A stretch of DNA of 64,000 nt from Gammaproteobacteria bacterium (GTDB lineage Bacteria > Pseudomonadota > Gammaproteobacteria > JAKDMP01). Of this stretch, positions 33,256-44,949 are shown piece after piece (position 1 is the first letter of the stretch; every line of letters begins with the position of its first letter). The stretch spans positions 20,872 to 84,871 of the forward strand of contig JBAUSV010000014.1 in NCBI GenBank assembly GCA_049581885.1. Reading direction: 5' to 3'. Both the position numbers and the translations under genes were made by a program. Below the pieces are notes generated by a model. It had not been told where the DNA came from, did no database searches, and saw only the letters and a list, made by a program, of their open reading frames with translations.

Positions 33256-34566
33256 ATGGAGCAAAATCAGGTCTGTTTTGCGACGCTTGGTTTCGACGAG
33301 CCGTGGACGCTTGAGAATTATCTCAAGATCGGCGGATATCAGGCATGGGAACGCATTCTGAAGGAGCGTCCGGAGCCGGCTGCGGTGGCTGAAGAGGTCA
33401 AGAAGGCCGGTTTGCGCGGCCGTGGTGGCGCTGGCTTCCCGACGGGCGTCAAATGGACCTTCATGCCCAAGACGCCGCCCTCGCCAGACAAGTATGTGGT
33501 GTGCAACTCCGACGAGAGCGAACCGGGCACATGCAAGGACCGTGACATTCTGCGTTTCAATCCGCATGCACTGATTGAGGGCATGGCAATTGCCGGCTAT
33601 GCGATGAATTCCGAAGTCGGCTACAACTACCTGCGCGGCGAATTCATGGACGAGCCTTACAAGCGTTGCGAGGCGGCGCTCAAGGAAGCCTATGAGCGGG
33701 GTTGGCTGGGGCGGAACATCAAGGGCAGTGGCATCAATTTCGAATTGCACACGGTGTTGGGTGCGGGCGCCTATATCTGCGGTGAAGAAACCGGCTTGCT
33801 GGAGTCTCTGGAAGGCCGCAAGGGTATGCCCCGTTTCAAACCGCCGTTTCCCGCCCAGCATGGTGTCTGGGGGCAACCGACCACGGTGAACAATACCGAG
33901 ACACTGGCCTCGGTGCCGACCATCATGCGCAATGGCGCTGAGTGGTTCAGCAAAATAGGCAAGGACGAAAAGAACGCGGGCACCAAGATTTTCTCGGTAT
34001 CCGGTCATGTCGCCAAGCCGGGAAACTTCGAGGTGCCGCTGGGTATTCCGTTCAAGGATCTGCTGGAATTGGCAGGCGGTATGCGAGGTGGCAGGAAATT
34101 GAAGGCAGTAATTCCGGGCGGCTCATCGGTGCCTGTGCTGCCGGCCGAAACCATGCTGAACTGCGACATGGATTACTCGAGCATCCAGGAAGCGGGTTCC
34201 ATGCTCGGTTCCGGCGCTGTGATCGTGATCGACGAAGATACTTGCATGGTACGTGTGCTGGAGCGTATCGCGCGTTTCTACTACGCCGAGTCCTGCGGAC
34301 AGTGCACGCCGTGCCGCGAAGGTACCGGCTGGCTTTATCGTGCGCTGAGCCGCATCGAGAACGGTACGGGCGCGCAGGACGATCTGGATCGTCTGGTCGA
34401 TGTGGCTCATCACATCGAGGGCCACACCATTTGCGCATTGGGCGATGCCGCCGCAATGCCAGTGTGGAGTTTTATCAAGCATTTCCGCGACGAATTCGAG
34501 TATCACATTCGTGAAGGCTGTTGCCTGGTCGGTCCGGGCGCTGCGAGTCGCACCGAAGCGGCCTGA
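33256..34566 (+). CDS. nuoF: NADH-quinone oxidoreductase subunit F
   Basis: 51-kDa subunit with FMN/NADH motifs ('[10 protein letters not shown]') and a C-terminal 4Fe-4S motif. The ATG is at 33256; the ORF track is over-extended. Confidence 0.95.
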   Translation: MEQNQVCFATLGFDEPWTLENYLKIGGYQAWERILKERPEPAAVAEEVKKAGLRGRGGAGFPTGVKWTFMPKTPPSPDKYVVCNSDESEPGTCKDRDILRFNPHALIEGMAIAGYAMNSEVGYNYLRGEFMDEPYKRCEAALKEAYERGWLGRNIKGSGINFELHTVLGAGAYICGEETGLLESLEGRKGMPRFKPPFPAQHGVWGQPTTVNNTETLASVPTIMRNGAEWFSKIGKDEKNAGTKIFSVSGHVAKPGNFEVPLGIPFKDLLELAGGMRGGRKLKAVIPGGSSVPVLPAETMLNCDMDYSSIQEAGSMLGSGAVIVIDEDTCMVRVLERIARFYYAESCGQCTPCREGTGWLYRALSRIENGTGAQDDLDRLVDVAHHIEGHTICALGDAAAMPVWSFIKHFRDEFEYHIREGCCLVGPGAASRTEAA

Positions 34567-34575
34567 GGGGTAAGG

Positions 34576-36948
34576 ATGAGTGAGGATCGCGTCAAGCTGA
34601 CAATCGACGGCCGCACGCTGGAGGCGCCGAAAGGGGCCATGGTTATCCAGGTGGCTGACGAGGCCGGAATCTATATTCCGCGTTTCTGTTATCACCATCG
34701 GCTCAAGGTGGTTGCCAATTGCCGCATGTGCCTGGTGGACGTGGAGGGTGCGCCCAAGCCCGCTCCAGCCTGCGCCACGCCGGTGAGCGATGGCATGAAG
34801 GTGCAGACGCGCTCCGAACGCGCGCTCGATGCCCAGCGCGCCACCATGGAATTTCTGCTTATCAATCACCCGCTCGATTGCCCGATCTGCGATCAGGGCG
34901 GCGAGTGTGAATTGCAGGATCTGGCCTTGGGTTTCGGACGCGGCATTTCGCGTTACAACGAAGGCAAGCGGGTCGTTGCCGACAAGAGTCTGGGCTCGCT
35001 GGTGCAACCCGAAATGACGCGCTGCATCCATTGTACGCGCTGCATTCGAGTGCTCGAGGAAGTGGGTGGCCGTCAGGAAATGGGCGCCACGGGCCGTAGC
35101 GAACACATGAAGGTGGGTACTTATATAGAGAGCTCGCTGGATTCCGAGCTCTCGGGCAACATTATCGATGTGTGCCCGGTCGGCGCACTCAACTCCGCGC
35201 CGTTCAACATGCGCGCCCGCGGCTGGGAGCTGCTTGCGCACAAGACGGTGGGGGCGCACGACTGCGTCGGTTCCAATCTTTACGGTCATTCCCTGCGCGG
35301 GCATTTCCTGCGTGCCGTACCGCGCGAAAACGATTCGATCAACGATTGCTGGATTTCCGATCGCGACCGCTTCAGCTATTGCGGTCTGGGTTCACCTGAC
35401 CGTGCACTCAAGCCGATGTTGCGCAAGGACGGCAAGCTGGTCGAAGTGAGTTGGGACGAGGTCATCCCCGCAGCCGCGCGCCTGTTGAGCGATGCCGGTG
35501 CAGAGTTGGGAACGTTGGTGTCACCCAACGCCACGTGCGAGGAAATGTATCTGGCGCAGAAATTGACTCGGGCGCTGGGTTCGCGTCACATCGATTCCCG
35601 CTTGCGGCAAGGTGATTTCCGCGACGATGCTGGAGATCCGCGTTATCCCTCACTCGGCGGCGGTATCGATGAACTGGAACACGCATCGGCGATTTTGCTC
35701 GTCGGCTCGCACTTGAACAAGGACGCTCCGATCCTCGGCTACCGTGTACGCCGTGCCGCGATGGCGGGCACGGCTGTGCTCACCATCAATCCGCGCCGTT
35801 TCGACATGGCGATGAGCGTCGCCGTTGAGCATACGGTGCATCCCGATGACATGGTAGATGCGCTGGCGCAACTGGCGCATACGCTGGTAGCCAAAACCGG
35901 TGTGAAGATGCCCGCATTTCTTGCGCGTTTCGAGCGTCGCGAGGACGACCGGATCACAGCCATTGCCGATAAATTGACTGGTGACGGGTCGCCAAGGTTG
36001 TTGCTCGGACAGCTAGCGATTCAAAATCCGGCCTTTGCCGATCTGCGTCGCCTTGCTTTGCTCATCGGTGAGTGCGTCAAAGGACGGGTCGGCTATGTGA
36101 CCGAAGGGGCCAATCAGGCCGGTGCTTATCTCGCCGGCGCGGTGCCGCACCGCGGGCCGGGCGGAGTACCGATGGAAAGCGGACGCAATGCGCGCAGCCT
36201 CTTCGAGACGCCGTTGACCGGCTATCTTCTGCTCGGCGTGGAGCCGGAGCTGGATTGCTGGGATGGAGCGGCCGCCCAGGCGGCGTTGAGCCGGGTCCCG
36301 GTGGTCAGTCTCACGAGTTTCCTGTCGCCGGCGATCCGCGAGTATGTCGATTGCGTGCTGCCGCTGGGCGCCTTCGGTGAAACGCCTGGCTCGTTCGTCA
36401 ATGGCGCCGGCACCTTGCAGCGTTTCGATGCCGTTAGTGTGCCGCCAGGCGATGCCCGTCCCGGTTGGAAGATTTTGCGCGCGTTGGGCGGTGCAACGGC
36501 TGCTGATCATGGTTTCGAGTTTGTTTCGTTTGCTGAAGCGCATGCGCAGTTGATCGACTCCGTGGGAGAGGTGAATATCAACGAAGCGATGGCGGCTTAC
36601 GGGGGAGATTGGGAGCCGACGCCGTGGGATGCCGAACGGCCGGCACTGCGTGCCCTCACTGAGGTGGGTGCGTATGTCGCCGATGCGCTGGTACGTCGTT
36701 CCCTGCCGTTGCAGGACACCCCGGACGCGCAGGCCAATGCGCGCATATGGCTGCATCCCGGGGATGCCGAGACACAGGGTCTGGCAGCCGATTCCGAAGT
36801 GCGGGTCATGTCCGAGCAGGGCGCCTTTGAGGCGGTGCTCGGTCTCGATACGGGTGTGGTACCGGGCACGGTCTGGTTGCCGTCGAATAACATTGCCTTG
36901 TGGACAACGGCTTCACTCGAAGCTGTGGCCCAGGCGGCCGAAGCCTGA
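34576..36948 (+). CDS. nuoG: NADH-quinone oxidoreductase subunit G
   Basis: 790 aa with N-terminal 2Fe-2S/4Fe-4S motifs and a molybdopterin-like domain. Confidence 0.95.
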   Translation: MSEDRVKLTIDGRTLEAPKGAMVIQVADEAGIYIPRFCYHHRLKVVANCRMCLVDVEGAPKPAPACATPVSDGMKVQTRSERALDAQRATMEFLLINHPLDCPICDQGGECELQDLALGFGRGISRYNEGKRVVADKSLGSLVQPEMTRCIHCTRCIRVLEEVGGRQEMGATGRSEHMKVGTYIESSLDSELSGNIIDVCPVGALNSAPFNMRARGWELLAHKTVGAHDCVGSNLYGHSLRGHFLRAVPRENDSINDCWISDRDRFSYCGLGSPDRALKPMLRKDGKLVEVSWDEVIPAAARLLSDAGAELGTLVSPNATCEEMYLAQKLTRALGSRHIDSRLRQGDFRDDAGDPRYPSLGGGIDELEHASAILLVGSHLNKDAPILGYRVRRAAMAGTAVLTINPRRFDMAMSVAVEHTVHPDDMVDALAQLAHTLVAKTGVKMPAFLARFERREDDRITAIADKLTGDGSPRLLLGQLAIQNPAFADLRRLALLIGECVKGRVGYVTEGANQAGAYLAGAVPHRGPGGVPMESGRNARSLFETPLTGYLLLGVEPELDCWDGAAAQAALSRVPVVSLTSFLSPAIREYVDCVLPLGAFGETPGSFVNGAGTLQRFDAVSVPPGDARPGWKILRALGGATAADHGFEFVSFAEAHAQLIDSVGEVNINEAMAAYGGDWEPTPWDAERPALRALTEVGAYVADALVRRSLPLQDTPDAQANARIWLHPGDAETQGLAADSEVRVMSEQGAFEAVLGLDTGVVPGTVWLPSNNIALWTTASLEAVAQAAEA

Positions 36949-36972
36949 TCGGGCGCAGGGAGAGCGCGTTAC

Positions 36973-38025
36973 ATGCATCAGTTCGCACATTTTTTCATCG
37001 AGCTCTGGCAGCAGATTCCGGAGTGGGGGCAGTATCTGTTGGGAGTGATTGGTGGTTTGATCGCCATTGCCGTGCCGCTGATTCTCACAGTGGCCTACCT
37101 GACCTATTTCGAGCGCAAGGTCATTGGATACATGCAGACGCGCATCGGCCCCAACAGGGTCGGTTTCCGCGGATTGCTGCAGCCGTTTGCCGATGTGATC
37201 AAGCTGGTGATGAAGGAAGTGATCCTTCCGGCCAACGCCAACAAGGCTCTGTTTTTCATCGCGCCTGTGCTTTCAATCATGCCGGCGATTGCGGCCTGGG
37301 TGGTCATTCCTTTTTATCCCGGTGTGGTCGTCGCCAATGTCAATGCCGGGCTACTGTTGATTCTGGCTGTGACGTCCATTGGTGTTTACGGCGTCATTAT
37401 TTCGGGCTGGGCCTCCAATTCCAAGTACGCCTTTCTCGGCGCCATGCGCTCTGCCGCGCAGATGGTCGCTTATGAAATCGCCATGGGCTTTGCCATCGTG
37501 GGTGTGCTGATGGCAGCGCAGACACTGAATCTGACTGCTATCGTTCAGCATCAGGTCGGTGGCATCTGGCACTGGTATTTCATACCCCTGCTGCCGTTAT
37601 TCGTGGTGTATTTCGTCTCCGGCGTGGCCGAAACCAATCGCCTGCCTTTCGATGTCGCCGAAGGTGAGTCCGAAATCGTGGCCGGTTTCCATGTCGAGTA
37701 TTCGGGCACGGCCTTCGCGGTGTTTTTCCTGGCCGAATACGCGAACATGATTCTGATTGCAGCGATTGCTTCGCTGCTGTTCCTCGGCGGCTGGCTCTCG
37801 CCCTTCGAGGGCATCCCCTGGATCGGGCAACCGAGTGCCTTCTGGATGTTTTTAAAGATGGCCTTTTTCCTGTTTCTTTATTTGTGGTTCCGCGGTACGT
37901 TTCCGCGTTATCGCTACGATCAGATCATGCGTCTTGGCTGGAAGATATTCATTCCCGTGACGCTGGTGTGGATTTTTGTGGAAGGCGCCCTGATTATTGG
38001 GCACGTTCATCCGTGGTTTGCCTGA
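36973..38025 (+). CDS. nuoH: NADH-quinone oxidoreductase subunit H
   Basis: 350-aa ND1 homologue. Confidence 0.95.
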   Translation: MHQFAHFFIELWQQIPEWGQYLLGVIGGLIAIAVPLILTVAYLTYFERKVIGYMQTRIGPNRVGFRGLLQPFADVIKLVMKEVILPANANKALFFIAPVLSIMPAIAAWVVIPFYPGVVVANVNAGLLLILAVTSIGVYGVIISGWASNSKYAFLGAMRSAAQMVAYEIAMGFAIVGVLMAAQTLNLTAIVQHQVGGIWHWYFIPLLPLFVVYFVSGVAETNRLPFDVAEGESEIVAGFHVEYSGTAFAVFFLAEYANMILIAAIASLLFLGGWLSPFEGIPWIGQPSAFWMFLKMAFFLFLYLWFRGTFPRYRYDQIMRLGWKIFIPVTLVWIFVEGALIIGHVHPWFA

Positions 38026-38041
38026 CAGGTTGTCCCGAATT

Positions 38042-38530
38042 ATGCAGCGCATCAAGGAATGGATTCGGAGTTTTCTGCTCGTCGACCTGCTGATAGGTCT
38101 ATCGGTGACTTGGCGTTATTTCCTCAAACGCAAGGTGACGGTGCAGTTCCCCGAGGAGCACACACCCAAGTCGCCGCGCTACCGCGGGTTGCACGCATTG
38201 CGTCGTTACGCCAATGGAGAGGAACGCTGCATTGCCTGCAAGCTGTGCGAGGCGGTATGCCCCGCGCTGGCTATCACTATTGATTCGGAACGCCGCGAAG
38301 ACGGTACGCGGCGCACCACGCGCTACGATATCGACTTGTTCAAGTGTATTTATTGTGGCTTCTGTGAGGAGGCCTGTCCGGTGGATTCCATCGTCGAAAC
38401 CGGAATCACGGATTTTCATTTCGAGCAGCGGGGCCAGCAGATCATGAGCAAGGACAAGTTGCTCGCTGTAGGCGACATGTACGAACCGCAAATCGCCGCA
38501 GATCGCGCGGCCGATGCGCGCTACCGCTGA
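38042..38530 (+). CDS. nuoI: NADH-quinone oxidoreductase subunit I
   Basis: Two CxxCxxCxxxCP 4Fe-4S motifs; the likely start is MQRIKEW at 38042. Confidence 0.93.
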   Translation: MQRIKEWIRSFLLVDLLIGLSVTWRYFLKRKVTVQFPEEHTPKSPRYRGLHALRRYANGEERCIACKLCEAVCPALAITIDSERREDGTRRTTRYDIDLFKCIYCGFCEEACPVDSIVETGITDFHFEQRGQQIMSKDKLLAVGDMYEPQIAADRAADARYR

Positions 38531-38542
38531 GGCCGGGGACTT

Positions 38543-39172
38543 ATGTCAGCAAGCAACATCATTTACCAGACTCTGTTTTACCTGTTTGCCGGCGCGCTGG
38601 TGCTTTCGGCGCTGCGCGTGATTACCGTCAAGAACCCGGTTCACGCGGTGCTGTTCCTGGTGCTGGCCTTTGTCAATGCGGCCATTTTGTGGGTGCAGAT
38701 GGGAGCGGAATTTCTCGGCATCATTCTGGTGCTCGTGTACGTGGGTGCCGTGATGGTGCTGTTCCTGTTTGTAGTGATGATGCTCGACATCAATACGGCC
38801 ACGCTGCGCGAAGGGGTAACCCGCTATGCGCCGCTGGGGCTCATTGTGGCCGGAATTATCGCCGCCGAGGTAGCGTGGGCCGTGTGGGGGCAGCATCTGG
38901 GGCTTGCGAACTCGCCCGCACCGGCGGCACCAGCTGCGCACTTGAGTAATACGGCTGAGCTCGGGCAGGTGCTGTATACACATTATGTGTATGCCTTCGA
39001 GATTGCGGCCGTGATTCTTCTGGTGGGCATCGTTTCGGCCATTGCATTGGCGCTGCGCTGGCGCCCGGACACAAAACACCAGGATCCGTCCGCGCAGGTG
39101 CGAGTGCGCAGCACGGTCGGGCGTGTGAGGCTTGTAGATCTGCGCTCCGGCAAGGAGGGCGAAAACAAATGA
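38543..39172 (+). CDS. nuoJ: NADH-quinone oxidoreductase subunit J
   Basis: 209-aa membrane ND6 homologue. Confidence 0.9.
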   Translation: MSASNIIYQTLFYLFAGALVLSALRVITVKNPVHAVLFLVLAFVNAAILWVQMGAEFLGIILVLVYVGAVMVLFLFVVMMLDINTATLREGVTRYAPLGLIVAGIIAAEVAWAVWGQHLGLANSPAPAAPAAHLSNTAELGQVLYTHYVYAFEIAAVILLVGIVSAIALALRWRPDTKHQDPSAQVRVRSTVGRVRLVDLRSGKEGENK

Positions 39173-39474
39173 TCGGTTTGTATCACTATCTTGGGCTGGC
39201 CGCCGTATTGTTTGCTATCGGTGTAGCGGGCATCTTCATCAATCGCAAGAACATGGTGCTGCTGCTGATGTGCATCGAGCTGATGCTGCTCGCGGTGAAT
39301 TTCAACTTCATCGCTTTTTCGCGCTTCAGCGGCGATATAACCGGACAGATATTCGTTTTTTTCATTCTCACCGTGGCCGCGGCTGAAGCGGCGGTGGGGC
39401 TGGCCATTCTGGTCGTGCTGTTCCGTAATCGGGGCAGTATCAACGTCCAGGAAATCAATCGCCTGAAAGGTTAG
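39169..39474 (+). CDS. nuoK: NADH-quinone oxidoreductase subunit K
   Basis: 101-aa ND4L homologue. Confidence 0.93.
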   Translation: MIGLYHYLGLAAVLFAIGVAGIFINRKNMVLLLMCIELMLLAVNFNFIAFSRFSGDITGQIFVFFILTVAAAEAAVGLAILVVLFRNRGSINVQEINRLKG

Positions 39475-39486
39475 GGGAAGCGCTCG

Positions 39487-41439
39487 ATGGAAGCCATGCT
39501 GCTTGTTATCCTGCTCGGGCCGTTTGTCGCAGCGGCTCTAATTCTGCTTGCAGGGCAGTACATGAACCGCCGGGTTGCGCATTCCCTTGCCATCGCGGCG
39601 GTATTTATCTCGATGTGTCTGTCCTTTTACGTGTTGTATCTGAGTATCTGGGGCGGGCTCGGCCGTTACGAGCAGATTGTCTATACCTGGGGCACCGGAG
39701 GTTCTTTTAGCTTCAATATCGGCTTCTTGATTGACCGCTTGAGTGCTTTGATGCTCGTGGTGGTGACATTCGTCTCTTTCACGGTGCATATTTTCACTAT
39801 CGGTTACATGGCCGACGATCCCGGCTACAAGCGTTTCTTCGGCTACATCGCGTTGTTCACCTTCTCCATGTTACTGCTCGTCATGGCGAACAATTTCCTG
39901 CAGTTGTTTATCGGCTGGGAAATGGTGGGACTGGTTTCATATCTTCTGATCGGTTTCTGGTATACCAAGGAAAGCGCGATCTTTGCCAACCTCAAGGCGT
40001 TTATCGTCAACCGGGTAGGGGACTTCGGTTTCCTGCTCGGTATTGCCGCCGTGCTTTATTTCGCAGGTACATTGAATTACGGGCAAGTATTCGCACAGGC
40101 GCCGCTGCTCACGCAGAAGCACTTGTGGCTTACCGGCCATTTCGCGGTCGCTGCACCTACCATTATCTGCATCCTGCTGTTCGTCGGCGCGATGGGCAAG
40201 TCGGCCCAGATACCGCTGCATGGCTGGCTACCGGATTCTATGGAAGGCCCGACGCCGATCTCGGCCCTGATTCATGCCGCCACCATGGTGACGGCGGGCA
40301 TTTTCATGGTGGCGCGCATGTCGCCTCTGTTCTCGCTCTCTGTGCCGGCCATGACACTGGTGATGTTCATCGGGGCGACCGGGGCTTTCTTCCTGGGACT
40401 CGTCGGCATCGTCCAGGACGACATCAAGCGGGTCATAGCCTATTCCACGCTGTCGCAGCTCGGTTATATGGCAGCAGCACTGGGTGCCGGCGCATATGCC
40501 GGAGGTATTTTCCACCTCGCTACACATGCGTGCTTCAAGGCGCTGCTGTTTCTCGGTGCCGGTTCGGTCATCATCGCCATGCACCACGAACAGGATATGC
40601 GCAAGATGGGCGGACTGGCCCGCTATATGCCCGTGACCTACGTCACGTTCATCATCGGCTCCCTGGCGCTGTGCGGGTTTCCCGGCTTTGCGGGCTATTT
40701 CTCAAAGGATGCGATCATCGATGCGATCCGCGTCAGCACCACACCGGGTGCTGACTACGCGTATTGGTGCGCTCTGCTCGGAGTGCTGGTTACCACGGTC
40801 TATACCTTCCGCATGATTTTCCTTACCTTCCACGGCAAGCCGCGCATGGATACCCATACGCGCGAGCACCTGAAGGAATCGCCTTGGGTGATCACCGTGC
40901 CCTTGGTTTTGCTGGCCATTCCGTCCGTGCTGCTCGGTGGGGCGGGGATTTCCTGGCTTGATTATGGCCATTTCTTCGGGGCCTCTATCGTCAACCGGGT
41001 CGGCAATAATCCCCTGCTGCTGGGGGCTGAAGATTTTCATGGTGTCTGGCAATTCCTCCTGCAAGGCTTTACCACGCCGGCCTTTTTCCTGGTGCTGGCC
41101 GGTATTGCCATGACCTGGGCATGCTATATCTGGCGACCGGCATGGCCCAGAGTGTTGCGCAAGTGGTTCTACCCGGTGGTCTATGTGCTGGAGCGCAAGT
41201 ATTTCTTCGACGACATTTACTTCCAGGGCTTTTCCATGGGTGCTCGGCGTTTGGGCAATCTGCTCTGGCATTATGCAGACGATGGGCTCATCGACGGTCT
41301 GATGGTGAACGGCTCTGCGCGCCTCGTCCGGGTCGGTTCCGTGCTGCTGCGCCATCTGCAATCCGGCTATCTTTATCACTATGCTTTTGCAATGGTGATC
41401 GGCATTGCCATCATGGTTGGCTGGTTGGTCTGGAGGTGA
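39487..41439 (+). CDS. nuoL: NADH-quinone oxidoreductase subunit L
   Basis: 650-aa ND5 antiporter-like subunit. Confidence 0.95.
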   Translation: MEAMLLVILLGPFVAAALILLAGQYMNRRVAHSLAIAAVFISMCLSFYVLYLSIWGGLGRYEQIVYTWGTGGSFSFNIGFLIDRLSALMLVVVTFVSFTVHIFTIGYMADDPGYKRFFGYIALFTFSMLLLVMANNFLQLFIGWEMVGLVSYLLIGFWYTKESAIFANLKAFIVNRVGDFGFLLGIAAVLYFAGTLNYGQVFAQAPLLTQKHLWLTGHFAVAAPTIICILLFVGAMGKSAQIPLHGWLPDSMEGPTPISALIHAATMVTAGIFMVARMSPLFSLSVPAMTLVMFIGATGAFFLGLVGIVQDDIKRVIAYSTLSQLGYMAAALGAGAYAGGIFHLATHACFKALLFLGAGSVIIAMHHEQDMRKMGGLARYMPVTYVTFIIGSLALCGFPGFAGYFSKDAIIDAIRVSTTPGADYAYWCALLGVLVTTVYTFRMIFLTFHGKPRMDTHTREHLKESPWVITVPLVLLAIPSVLLGGAGISWLDYGHFFGASIVNRVGNNPLLLGAEDFHGVWQFLLQGFTTPAFFLVLAGIAMTWACYIWRPAWPRVLRKWFYPVVYVLERKYFFDDIYFQGFSMGARRLGNLLWHYADDGLIDGLMVNGSARLVRVGSVLLRHLQSGYLYHYAFAMVIGIAIMVGWLVWR

Positions 41440-41482
41440 TCATGGGCAGCAAACTGAATCTACGCCGCGCGACACAAGGGAG

Positions 41483-42994
41483 ATGGTTTTGCCGTATCTG
41501 AGTCTCGTTATCTGGGTGCCAGTGCTTGGAGCATTGGCCGTACTGGCCGCAAACCGCGTCAAGGGGCTTGACGTGCGCTGGGTTGCGCTGGGCTTTTCGA
41601 TACTGGTGTTTGCGCTTTCGATTCCACTCTACACTGGTTTCGATACCGCAACAGCCTCGATGCAGTTCGTAGAGAAATTGCCTTGGATCGCCACCTATCA
41701 TGTGAACTATTTTTTGGGTGTGGACGGAATTTCCATGCCGCTCATTCTGCTCACCACCTTCACGACCATTCTGGTTGTCATAGCGGGTTGGCGCGTCATC
41801 GACCACAAACTGGCCCAGTACCTGGCCGCCTTCCTCATTATGGAAGGACTCATGAATGGTGTTTTCGCTGCACTTAATGCGGTGCTGTTCTACCTGTTCT
41901 GGGAAGCCATGCTGATTCCGATGTTCCTCATTATCGGTATATGGGGCGGGCCGCGCCGTGTTTATGCGGCGATCAAGTTCTTTCTCTACACCTTTCTCGG
42001 TTCGGTGCTGATGCTGGTGGCCTTCATCTGGCTGTACGAAAAGTCCGGCAATTTCAACATCCTCGATTTTGCCCGCATGCATATCGGACCGACGGCTCAG
42101 ATCCTCCTCTTTATCGGCTTTCTGGTGGCCTTTGCGGTCAAGGTTCCAATGGTGCCGGTACATACCTGGCTGCCGGATGCGCATGTCGAGGCACCGACCG
42201 GCGGTTCGGTCATCCTGGCTGCCATCCTGCTGAAAATGGGCGCTTACGGTTTTCTGCGTTTCAACCTGCCGATCGCGCCGCTTGCGAGTGAGCGTTTGCA
42301 GTGGCTGATGATTGCGCTTTCGCTCATTGCCATTGTTTATATCGGTCTGGTGGCGCTGGTCCAGAAGGACATGAAAAAACTCGTTGCGTACTCTTCCATT
42401 GCGCACATGGGTTTTGTCACGCTCGGTTTTTTTGTGGTGTTCCTGATCTGGACGCACACCCACAGTCTCAATGCGGCACGCCTGACAATGGAAGGCGGCC
42501 TGGTGCAGATGATTTCACACGGTGTGGTTTCGGGAGCCTTGTTCCTTTGCGTTGGCGTGTTGTATGACCGCATGCACACCCGCGACATGAGCGATTATGG
42601 TGGCGTGCTCAACACCATGCCAAAGTTCGGCTACTTTTTCCTGTTCTTTGCGCTGGCCAATGCCGGCTTGCCCCTGACTTCAGGTTTCGTTGGCGAATTC
42701 ATGGTGACGCTGGGCTCTTTCCACGCCAATTTCTGGATCGCCGCGCTGGCGGCCCTAGCCCTGATTACAGGCGCCTCGTATTCGCTGTGGTTGATCAAGA
42801 AGGTGGTTTTCGGTCAGGTCGGCAATGATCGCGTAGCCGCACTGAAGGACATCACGCCGCGCGAGGCTTTGATTTTGACTCTGGTGGCCTTGCCGACTCT
42901 GTTGATCGGCTTCTATCCCGAGATTCTTCTTCGTGTCATGCATGCCACGGTTACTCACCTGCTGATGCAGGTCGTTCCGGCGGCCTTGGGTTGA
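41483..42994 (+). CDS. nuoM: NADH-quinone oxidoreductase subunit M
   Basis: ND4 homologue. The ATG at 41483 follows an AAGGGA RBS; the ORF track is over-extended. Confidence 0.93.
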   Translation: MVLPYLSLVIWVPVLGALAVLAANRVKGLDVRWVALGFSILVFALSIPLYTGFDTATASMQFVEKLPWIATYHVNYFLGVDGISMPLILLTTFTTILVVIAGWRVIDHKLAQYLAAFLIMEGLMNGVFAALNAVLFYLFWEAMLIPMFLIIGIWGGPRRVYAAIKFFLYTFLGSVLMLVAFIWLYEKSGNFNILDFARMHIGPTAQILLFIGFLVAFAVKVPMVPVHTWLPDAHVEAPTGGSVILAAILLKMGAYGFLRFNLPIAPLASERLQWLMIALSLIAIVYIGLVALVQKDMKKLVAYSSIAHMGFVTLGFFVVFLIWTHTHSLNAARLTMEGGLVQMISHGVVSGALFLCVGVLYDRMHTRDMSDYGGVLNTMPKFGYFFLFFALANAGLPLTSGFVGEFMVTLGSFHANFWIAALAALALITGASYSLWLIKKVVFGQVGNDRVAALKDITPREALILTLVALPTLLIGFYPEILLRVMHATVTHLLMQVVPAALG

Positions 42995-43001
42995 GGTTTA
43001 T

Positions 43002-44450
43002 TTGATGTCACCGACTGCCAACGACTATATCGCGGCGCTCCCGCAGATTTTCCTGCTGGGCATGAGCTGCGTGCTGCTCCTTGCAGCACTGTTCCTCAAC
43101 CGTTCGCGTGATTCCGTTTTGCATTATGGCTCGCTGGGCACGATCGCCGGGTTGGCGATCATCACCGGGTTTCTCTTCCGTGGTCATTCGACACTCGCCT
43201 TCAACGGCATGCTCATACAGGATTCTATGGGCGATGTGCTGATGCTGTTTGCCTACGCCATTACCGGCGCGGTTATCGTTTACAGCCGGACGTACCTGAA
43301 GGATCGCGGGCTATTGAGTGGCGAGTTCTATCTGCTGATTTTGCTGGCATTGCTCGGTTCGATGATCATCATTCAGAGCTATAACCTGATAGTGCTCTAT
43401 CTGGGTATCGAGTTGCTTGCGTTGAGCCTGTATACCCTGGTTGCGTTGTCGCGCGAGGACGGCACGGCTTCGGAAGCGGCCATGAAATTCTTTGTCCTCG
43501 GCGCCATAGCCTCCGGCACTCTGCTGTTCGGGATGTCGCTGATCTACGGGTTGACCGGCACGCTCAATATCGGCGTGCTTTCGGCACACTTGGCGGGCAG
43601 CAAGGACATTGGGCTCGGCATCTGGATCGGGCTGGGTTTCGTGGTGGTGTCCATGGCCTTTGAGCTGGGGGCCGTGCCTTTTCACATGTGGCTGCCGGAC
43701 GTGTACGAGGGTGCGCCCTCCAGCATGGCAATTTTTGTAGGTTCGGTGCCGAAACTCGCCGCCTTCGGATTTATCATGCGCCTGCTGGTGCAGGGGTTGG
43801 GTGATCTGCAACACGCATGGATGGGACTTCTCGTCGTTATCGCCATTGCCTCGCTGGCTATCGGAGCGATCGTTGCTATAGTGCAGACCAACATTAAGCG
43901 TATGCTGGCGTATTCGACGATCAATCATGCGGGATTCATCCTGCTCGGTATCCTTTCCGGTACCGTCGAAGGGTACCGAGCGGCCATGTTCTATACCATT
44001 GCCTATGTGATCATGTTTGCCGGTGCTTTCGGCGTCATTATCCTGCTTTCCCGTGGCGGTTTCGAGGCCGAGCGTATAGAGGATTTGAAGGGGTTGAACG
44101 AGCGCAGCCCATGGTTCGCCTTTGTCATGCTCATGATGATGTTCTCGATGGCGGGCGTTCCGCCGTTCATCGGCTTTTTTGCGAAGCTGGATATTATTCG
44201 GGGGCTGATTGGCAGCGGATTGACCTGGCTGGCGATCGTGGCGGTGATTTTTGCGGTCATAGCCGCTTTCTACTATCTCTATATAGTGAAAGTGATGTAT
44301 TTCGATCACGCTGAAGGTGAAGTATCGCAAGGGTTGGAGGGGCCGGCGGATATGAAGCTGGTGCTCAGCCTCAATGGTCTGGCAGTACTTGGCTTGGGGA
44401 TTTTCCCCGGCGGGTTGCTCGCGCTGTGCAAGGCGGTTATCGGCTTCTGA
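43002..44450 (+). CDS. nuoN: NADH-quinone oxidoreductase subunit N
   Basis: 482-aa ND2 homologue. Confidence 0.93.
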   Translation: MMSPTANDYIAALPQIFLLGMSCVLLLAALFLNRSRDSVLHYGSLGTIAGLAIITGFLFRGHSTLAFNGMLIQDSMGDVLMLFAYAITGAVIVYSRTYLKDRGLLSGEFYLLILLALLGSMIIIQSYNLIVLYLGIELLALSLYTLVALSREDGTASEAAMKFFVLGAIASGTLLFGMSLIYGLTGTLNIGVLSAHLAGSKDIGLGIWIGLGFVVVSMAFELGAVPFHMWLPDVYEGAPSSMAIFVGSVPKLAAFGFIMRLLVQGLGDLQHAWMGLLVVIAIASLAIGAIVAIVQTNIKRMLAYSTINHAGFILLGILSGTVEGYRAAMFYTIAYVIMFAGAFGVIILLSRGGFEAERIEDLKGLNERSPWFAFVMLMMMFSMAGVPPFIGFFAKLDIIRGLIGSGLTWLAIVAVIFAVIAAFYYLYIVKVMYFDHAEGEVSQGLEGPADMKLVLSLNGLAVLGLGIFPGGLLALCKAVIGF

Positions 44451-44556
44451 ATCCGATTCGGGGCGTCAATTCGGCTTAATGGCGGGGGTGCTTGCATGTG
44501 CGCTCAACTGCGACTAAAGTAAACAGTTAATCTTGTAACCTACTGAAAGATAAGGC

Positions 44557-44880
44557 ATGGCTATCACACTCAGTGAATCTGCAGCGCACCGGGTACGGCA
44601 CTTCATGGCCACGCGAGAAGGTGTGACGGGCCTGCGTGTAGGCGTCAAAAAAAGCGGCTGCTCCGGTTTTTCCTATGTGCTTGATTATGCCCGTGAGGCT
44701 GGGCCGGACGATGCCGTATTCGAGGATCAGGGCGTGCGCATCGTGGTCGACCGCAAAAGCTTGTCGCTGATCGACGGCACCCGGGTGGATTTTGTCCGCG
44801 AGGGATTGGGTCAGACTTTTCGGTTTGATAACCCCAATGTGAGCGATGCCTGTGGTTGCGGAGAAAGTTTCAACGTATAG
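44557..44880 (+). CDS. iscA: A-type Fe-S cluster carrier (IscA/HesB family)
   Basis: 107 aa, collinear with E. coli IscA ('MAITLSESAA...SGCSGFSY...CGCGESF'). Confidence 0.85.
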   Translation: MAITLSESAAHRVRHFMATREGVTGLRVGVKKSGCSGFSYVLDYAREAGPDDAVFEDQGVRIVVDRKSLSLIDGTRVDFVREGLGQTFRFDNPNVSDACGCGESFNV

Positions 44881-44949
44881 TTTGCTCTCACGCTCGACAA
44901 TTTCCCCTTTTGCGCCGGACTGACCGGCGTTTCTTTACTGGAGACTTAC

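Noticed and set aside
34123-35304. 393-aa minus-strand ORF antisense to nuoF/nuoG
   Set aside because: An antisense artifact inside the nuo operon.
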